Source: the human T2T-CHM13v2.0 reference genome, Homo sapiens. From it: 64,000 nt of DNA. The position numbers were made by a program, and so were the translations under genes. A model generated the notes under the pieces. That model worked only from the letters and a program-made list of their open reading frames with translations. It searched no databases and was not told the DNA's origin. Positions 57,597 to 64,000 of the stretch are shown here, one piece after another (the first letter of the stretch is position 1; the number at the start of each line of letters is the position of its first letter). Location of the stretch: the NCBI RefSeq assembly GCF_009914755.1, contig NC_060944.1. One strand, 5' to 3'.

Positions 57597-57682
57597 TTCC
57601 ACTTACTTACATGATCATTTCGAGAGATGTAATGTTGATTGCTGCTGTTTTTTATGTCAGATACCGAACTCTTCCAACACCA
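57597..57682 (+). CDS. CRLS1: CRLS1 exon 4: [29 protein letters not shown]
   Basis: tttcag|TT and CCA|gtgagt junctions; 86 nt. Confidence 0.96.
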
Positions 57683-58323
57683 GTGAGTTTGTTTCCAAAA
57701 AGTATTCTTTTAGCATTATATATGATTTAAGGAAAAAGCAAAAAGACATATTTTTGCGTCAACATCTTTTCAATTGATGGCACGTGAAACCCAGACTAGC
57801 CAGCCCCTATCCCTAGAAGCAAATTCTTTAAAGGTGTTTCATATAGGTCCAGGCCATATTGTCTAATTTAACCTCTACCATGGATAGTCTAGAATTGGTT
57901 TTAAAAATCACAGTTGTATGAACATGGGATGGTTTGTTTGCATATTTATTCACAGGCTCTATAAATACTTGAACACATACGCATAGCATATTAACCTCTT
58001 TTGGCTCCCAATGTACTGAAAATAGAGCAGTAGAGCAGTATTTTGTTCATTTTATTTTTTAATTCAAAAAAGAAAATAGTGAATAAGGGAATTTTGAGTT
58101 TAGTAAAATTTTATAAAGCAAACTATATGATAGGTATTGTGTTCGAATTTTACAGCAATTGAAAAATCTATACATTTTTTAAAATCAATATTCAGTATAT
58201 ATTGAATGTATGATTTATAAAGTTATGTTGTTACCTAAGTATAATAACAAAATGTCTATTTTAAATAAAAATGTTATTTTAAACAATAAGTTAATTACTT
58301 TATCTTTTTTGGTCCTCTGCCAG

Positions 58324-58392
58324 CGAACACTTGCCAAGTATTTCAATCCTTGCTATGCCACTGCTAGGTTAAAACCAACATTCATCAGCAAG
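58324..58392 (+). CDS. CRLS1: CRLS1 exon 5: [23 protein letters not shown]
   Basis: gccag|CGA and AAG|gtaaga junctions; 69 nt. Confidence 0.96.
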
Positions 58393-58675
58393 GTAAGAGA
58401 ATGCAATGTTCTTTGAAGTTATTCCTTTGTAAATTTTTATTATACAGGATATAAACCTTAGTCAAGAACAGCTGAAAATGAGACAAATTTAAATGCATTG
58501 AGTATAGAGGCTAGAGAGTAGCGTTGGGCAGGCAGTTTTAACCTAGTTTGTCCTCCGTGTTTTTTGGATCATCCTTATACATGTTGTGCCTTGAGTTGGT
58601 GGTCTGAGAGTTTAAGCTCTGAATGAGGTAATCGGGCCACTGTTTAGGGAAAGGGAATTGAAATGTAATTGTTCC

Positions 58676-60257
<1,582 letters not shown>

Positions 60258-60775
60258 TGAGATGAGTGCCTTTTAATTTTCTAACCTCACAAGGTTTGAC
60301 AGGTAGGCAAGAAAGGAGCATCGGATAAGGCCCCAGGAAATCTAGGTTCCAGCTTTGGTTCTGTTGTCTGCTGTGACTGCAGGCAAGTCACCTAACTCAT
60401 TACCCTTTTACCCATGAAGAGGTAGCTTAGTTATTTTCGTATTCCATTTTAATGGGCAGTTGGAAAAAAGGCAAATAATTTTGTAACATTTTTGAGTTGC
60501 TGTGAGAATTCAAGGTAGTGGTATTTTCTGACAGTTGTCATTACTCTTGCTCTTAAGGGCAGCTGTGCAGACAGATGGGTCAGTTAGTGAAGCTGACCCT
60601 TTTGTGTGTGCTCACCTGTGAATGCAAGCTTATTGGGCAGGGATAGTGTAGATGAACAGCAAGCATGCTGAGGGTATGTCATGTTATAGTGTGATGGGCT
60701 GTGCTTTTGTCTTGAAAGCTTGAAATAGGATCCAGTTGGCACTATTCACTTAGAACTTTTTCTTTTTTTATTTAG

Positions 60776-60867
60776 GTGAATACAGCAGTCCAGTTAATCT
60801 TGGTGGCAGCTTCTTTGGCAGCTCCAGTTTTCAACTATGCTGACAGCATTTATCTTCAGATACTATG
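60776..60867 (+). CDS. CRLS1: CRLS1 exon 6: [30 protein letters not shown]
   Basis: tttag|GTG and TG|gtaagc junctions; 92 nt. Confidence 0.96.
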
Positions 60868-61932
60868 GTAAGCTAAATTTAGAATCACTCTCTTAGAATG
60901 TCAACAGAATGACTTATGGTGATAGCCCTAGAATGACCTTGTTCTTACAGCATTTGTTGAGCACTGACTGGGTAAAGCTGTGGCTATATTTGGTGATTGA
61001 TACCATTGTTAAGACGCTTCCTGCCAAGTATGAGATGGAGAAGTTAGCTTTCATACAAATTAAAAGGGATAAAAGGTACTGATAATGTGTTAAGGGTTTT
61101 GGAGGAAGAGATAACTTCGTAGGAAGAAGAGGGACAGTTTCAGGAAGGAAGTGGCATTTGTTGCATGAAGTGGATTGTGTGTAGGAAGAGACTGAGAGGA
61201 GACCACTAGGTGAAAGACAGGGCCTAAGCCAAGAGATAGAGTGTAGGAGAGAGGGTAGGGAAGCTGAGTCCAGCCTGTTGAAAAGGGTGTTGTAGGAGGG
61301 AAAACTGGAGAGAGGAGTTTGAATTTTATTATACTAATTGCTTATTTATCATCTTAAAAGTGTGTCAAATTCACGCTTTCAGAGTTCAAAATAGTCACAT
61401 TGACATTGGAGTATTATATTTTGGCACAATTTTAACTAGAATTAAAATTATCTTGCTTGGTACAGTCTGGACCAGAAAGTGGTGGCTAATCACAGTCAGT
61501 TAAGCCAGGCAGTCTTTTAAAAAATGACAACTACTCTAAACTTTTTATTTTAATTAAAAATATTTAAGTGTACATTTATCCCAGTTCATCTTATACCTTC
61601 TGATATAGGATGAAGGCTTTTTGAGTGTAGGTCCATCAGTGGGAGTTTTTTCTTTCTCGGATAAACTACATCCATAATACAAACCTCTCTGATTTTCATT
61701 TTTTACTTCTTTAAGGTGATGCAAGAACTTAAAACATTTGCAAAGCAGTCTAAGAACTGTTTAGATATTTTCCCTAGTCTTTTCACAATCATCTTGTCTA
61801 TTTATTTTGACAGTATTTTTTTCCCCTAGGAACCCATGAAGAGAGAGACAGTATTTTTTTTTTAATCAAGTCACCTTTATTGAGTCTTTCTAAAGCATCC
61901 AATGTAGTTTTCAGAAATAGCAATTAAAAAAA

Positions 61933-62706
<774 letters not shown>

Positions 62707-62989
62707 TAAAAAGTAATCTAGCTGTGGGCATGCAGCATGCCATGGGTGTCAGGTGATGTCATTTCAAGGAGAATCCGGTTAAGGGTAGTTTGGTAAAGAA
62801 AGCTGAAATTTATTTAAAATGACTCAGGTATCTTTAGAATTCTCAAAAGCTGCAGGAAATAAGAGTCTGGTACCCTGAGAAGCATGGGGCAGTAGAAAGA
62901 GCATGTGGGCTTTAGAGTTCAAACGAAGTCAGGCTCAAACATAGTTCTGTGATAAGCCCTGAGCAAGTTACCCGGGTCTTCCATTTCCC

Positions 62990-63071
62990 CCTTCTGGAGA
63001 AGTCCTTTGGAGGATGAGTCCTTCTGGAGGATGAGTCCTTCTGGAGGATGAAGTCCTTCTGGAGGATGAGT
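62990..63071 (+). repeat. 17-bp minisatellite (ccttctggaggatgagt), about 5 imperfect copies, inside a MIR
   Basis: Direct reading. Confidence 0.92.
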
Positions 63072-63385
63072 TCGTTGTAAGAATAAAATGAGAATGTAAG
63101 ACACCTAGAGGATGCCCGAGTAAAAAATGACAGTTGCTAGTAGTAGTAATTTGTAGGGCTCATTATCTAGAATAATTTTGTTTGACGTTACTAATTAAAA
63201 TGAACTCTTAAAGAAAAGCAGTGTATTTAGACTCTTGTAGTTAAGAAAAATTACACCACAGAGCCCTTTTTACTTTTTAAATTCATTTTTACATTTTAAA
63301 TTCATTGCATGTATTCATTATGATTCCCGTTGCTACTATTTTTTAGACTTGACAACTACATTTTATTTCTTTTCTTCCATAAAAG

Positions 63386-63470
63386 GTGTTTTACAGCTTT
63401 CACCACAGCTGCATCAGCTTATAGTTACTATCATTATGGCCGGAAGACTGTTCAGGTGATAAAAGACTGA
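63386..63470 (+). CDS. CRLS1: CRLS1 last coding exon: (W)[27 protein letters not shown]
   Basis: aaaag|G acceptor, TGA at 63468-63470; the seven exons total 906 nt = 301 aa plus stop. Confidence 0.96.
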
Positions 63471-63678
63471 TGAAAGTCATCCCTCACTGTTAGTAAGGAA
63501 GCAGTATACATCAATGGGAACAGGGCCCATGGAAATGTACAGGAGTTTCCCTATTTTGGTGTTCAGCTTGAAAAAGGACTTGTCAGAATCAACTGTGTCA
63601 TCAAAATTTAAGTAATGTGCATTGAAAATAAGGTTGATCATGGGAATATGCAGAATTTCCAATGTATTTTTAAATACA

Positions 63679-63684
63679 AATAAA
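63679..63684 (+). terminator. Candidate proximal CRLS1 polyA signal AATAAA
   Basis: Hexamer about 210 nt after the stop codon, with U-rich sequence downstream. Confidence 0.5.
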
Positions 63685-64000
63685 ATTGTAATTTAGAATT
63701 TTTAATCTTAGGTTTCTTGATTAATTTATAAGAGATCAATTATTGTCAGTCTTTTTTGTATGTTTTTTAAAAACATAGTCCAGAGCATGGGCAGAATTGA
63801 CACCTCTCTTTTAAGTGAAATTTGGATTGCTCACAAAGCACTAGGAAATGTCATGGGGTTCAAATATATATCCTACACAACTGGGCAATACATTTTTGTT
63901 TGATTTTTAGGTCTGTGTATACATTAACAGTTCATGTAATTAATACCTGATCATTTGGGATAATGAAAGTGAAGTTAGTTGTAGATGAAGTAAAGTTATA

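Noticed and set aside
62990-63071. Short direct repeats as a CRISPR-like array
   Set aside because: No spacers, eukaryotic intron: a simple minisatellite

Overview
Human (primate) genomic DNA, recognisable from the encoded proteins as the MCM8-CRLS1 locus (20p12.3). The + strand carries the last seven coding exons of MCM8 (4188-20702; 375 aa of the AAA+ ATPase and C-terminal region), its 3' UTR and an ~11 kb repeat-rich intergenic stretch. A CpG-island promoter (~32.1-33.1 kb) follows, then all seven coding exons of CRLS1 (cardiolipin synthase, 32557-63470; 301 aa). All exon junctions were assembled by hand, are GT-AG and keep frame. The rest is mostly transposon-derived: about 45 Alu/FLAM pieces, L1, L2, MIR, a near full-length Tigger1, MER1B, MER58, MADE1, LTRs and a 7SL retropseudogene. 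I see no CRISPR, tRNA or rRNA, and no wholly new multi-gene system. The most notable non-routine observations are: a 128-bp-arm non-Alu hairpin in an MCM8 intron; frame compatibility for an MCM8-CRLS1 read-through fusion; a divergent spliced antisense transcript; a complex CRLS1 5' end (26-codon uORF, an MPQ alternative first exon, a candidate GC-AG cassette exon); a 67-bp TSD-flanked retrocopy of a small structured RNA; and locally templated insertions inside old DNA transposons. Repeat family names and exon numbers come from recall, not from a database search; repeat boundaries are approximate.
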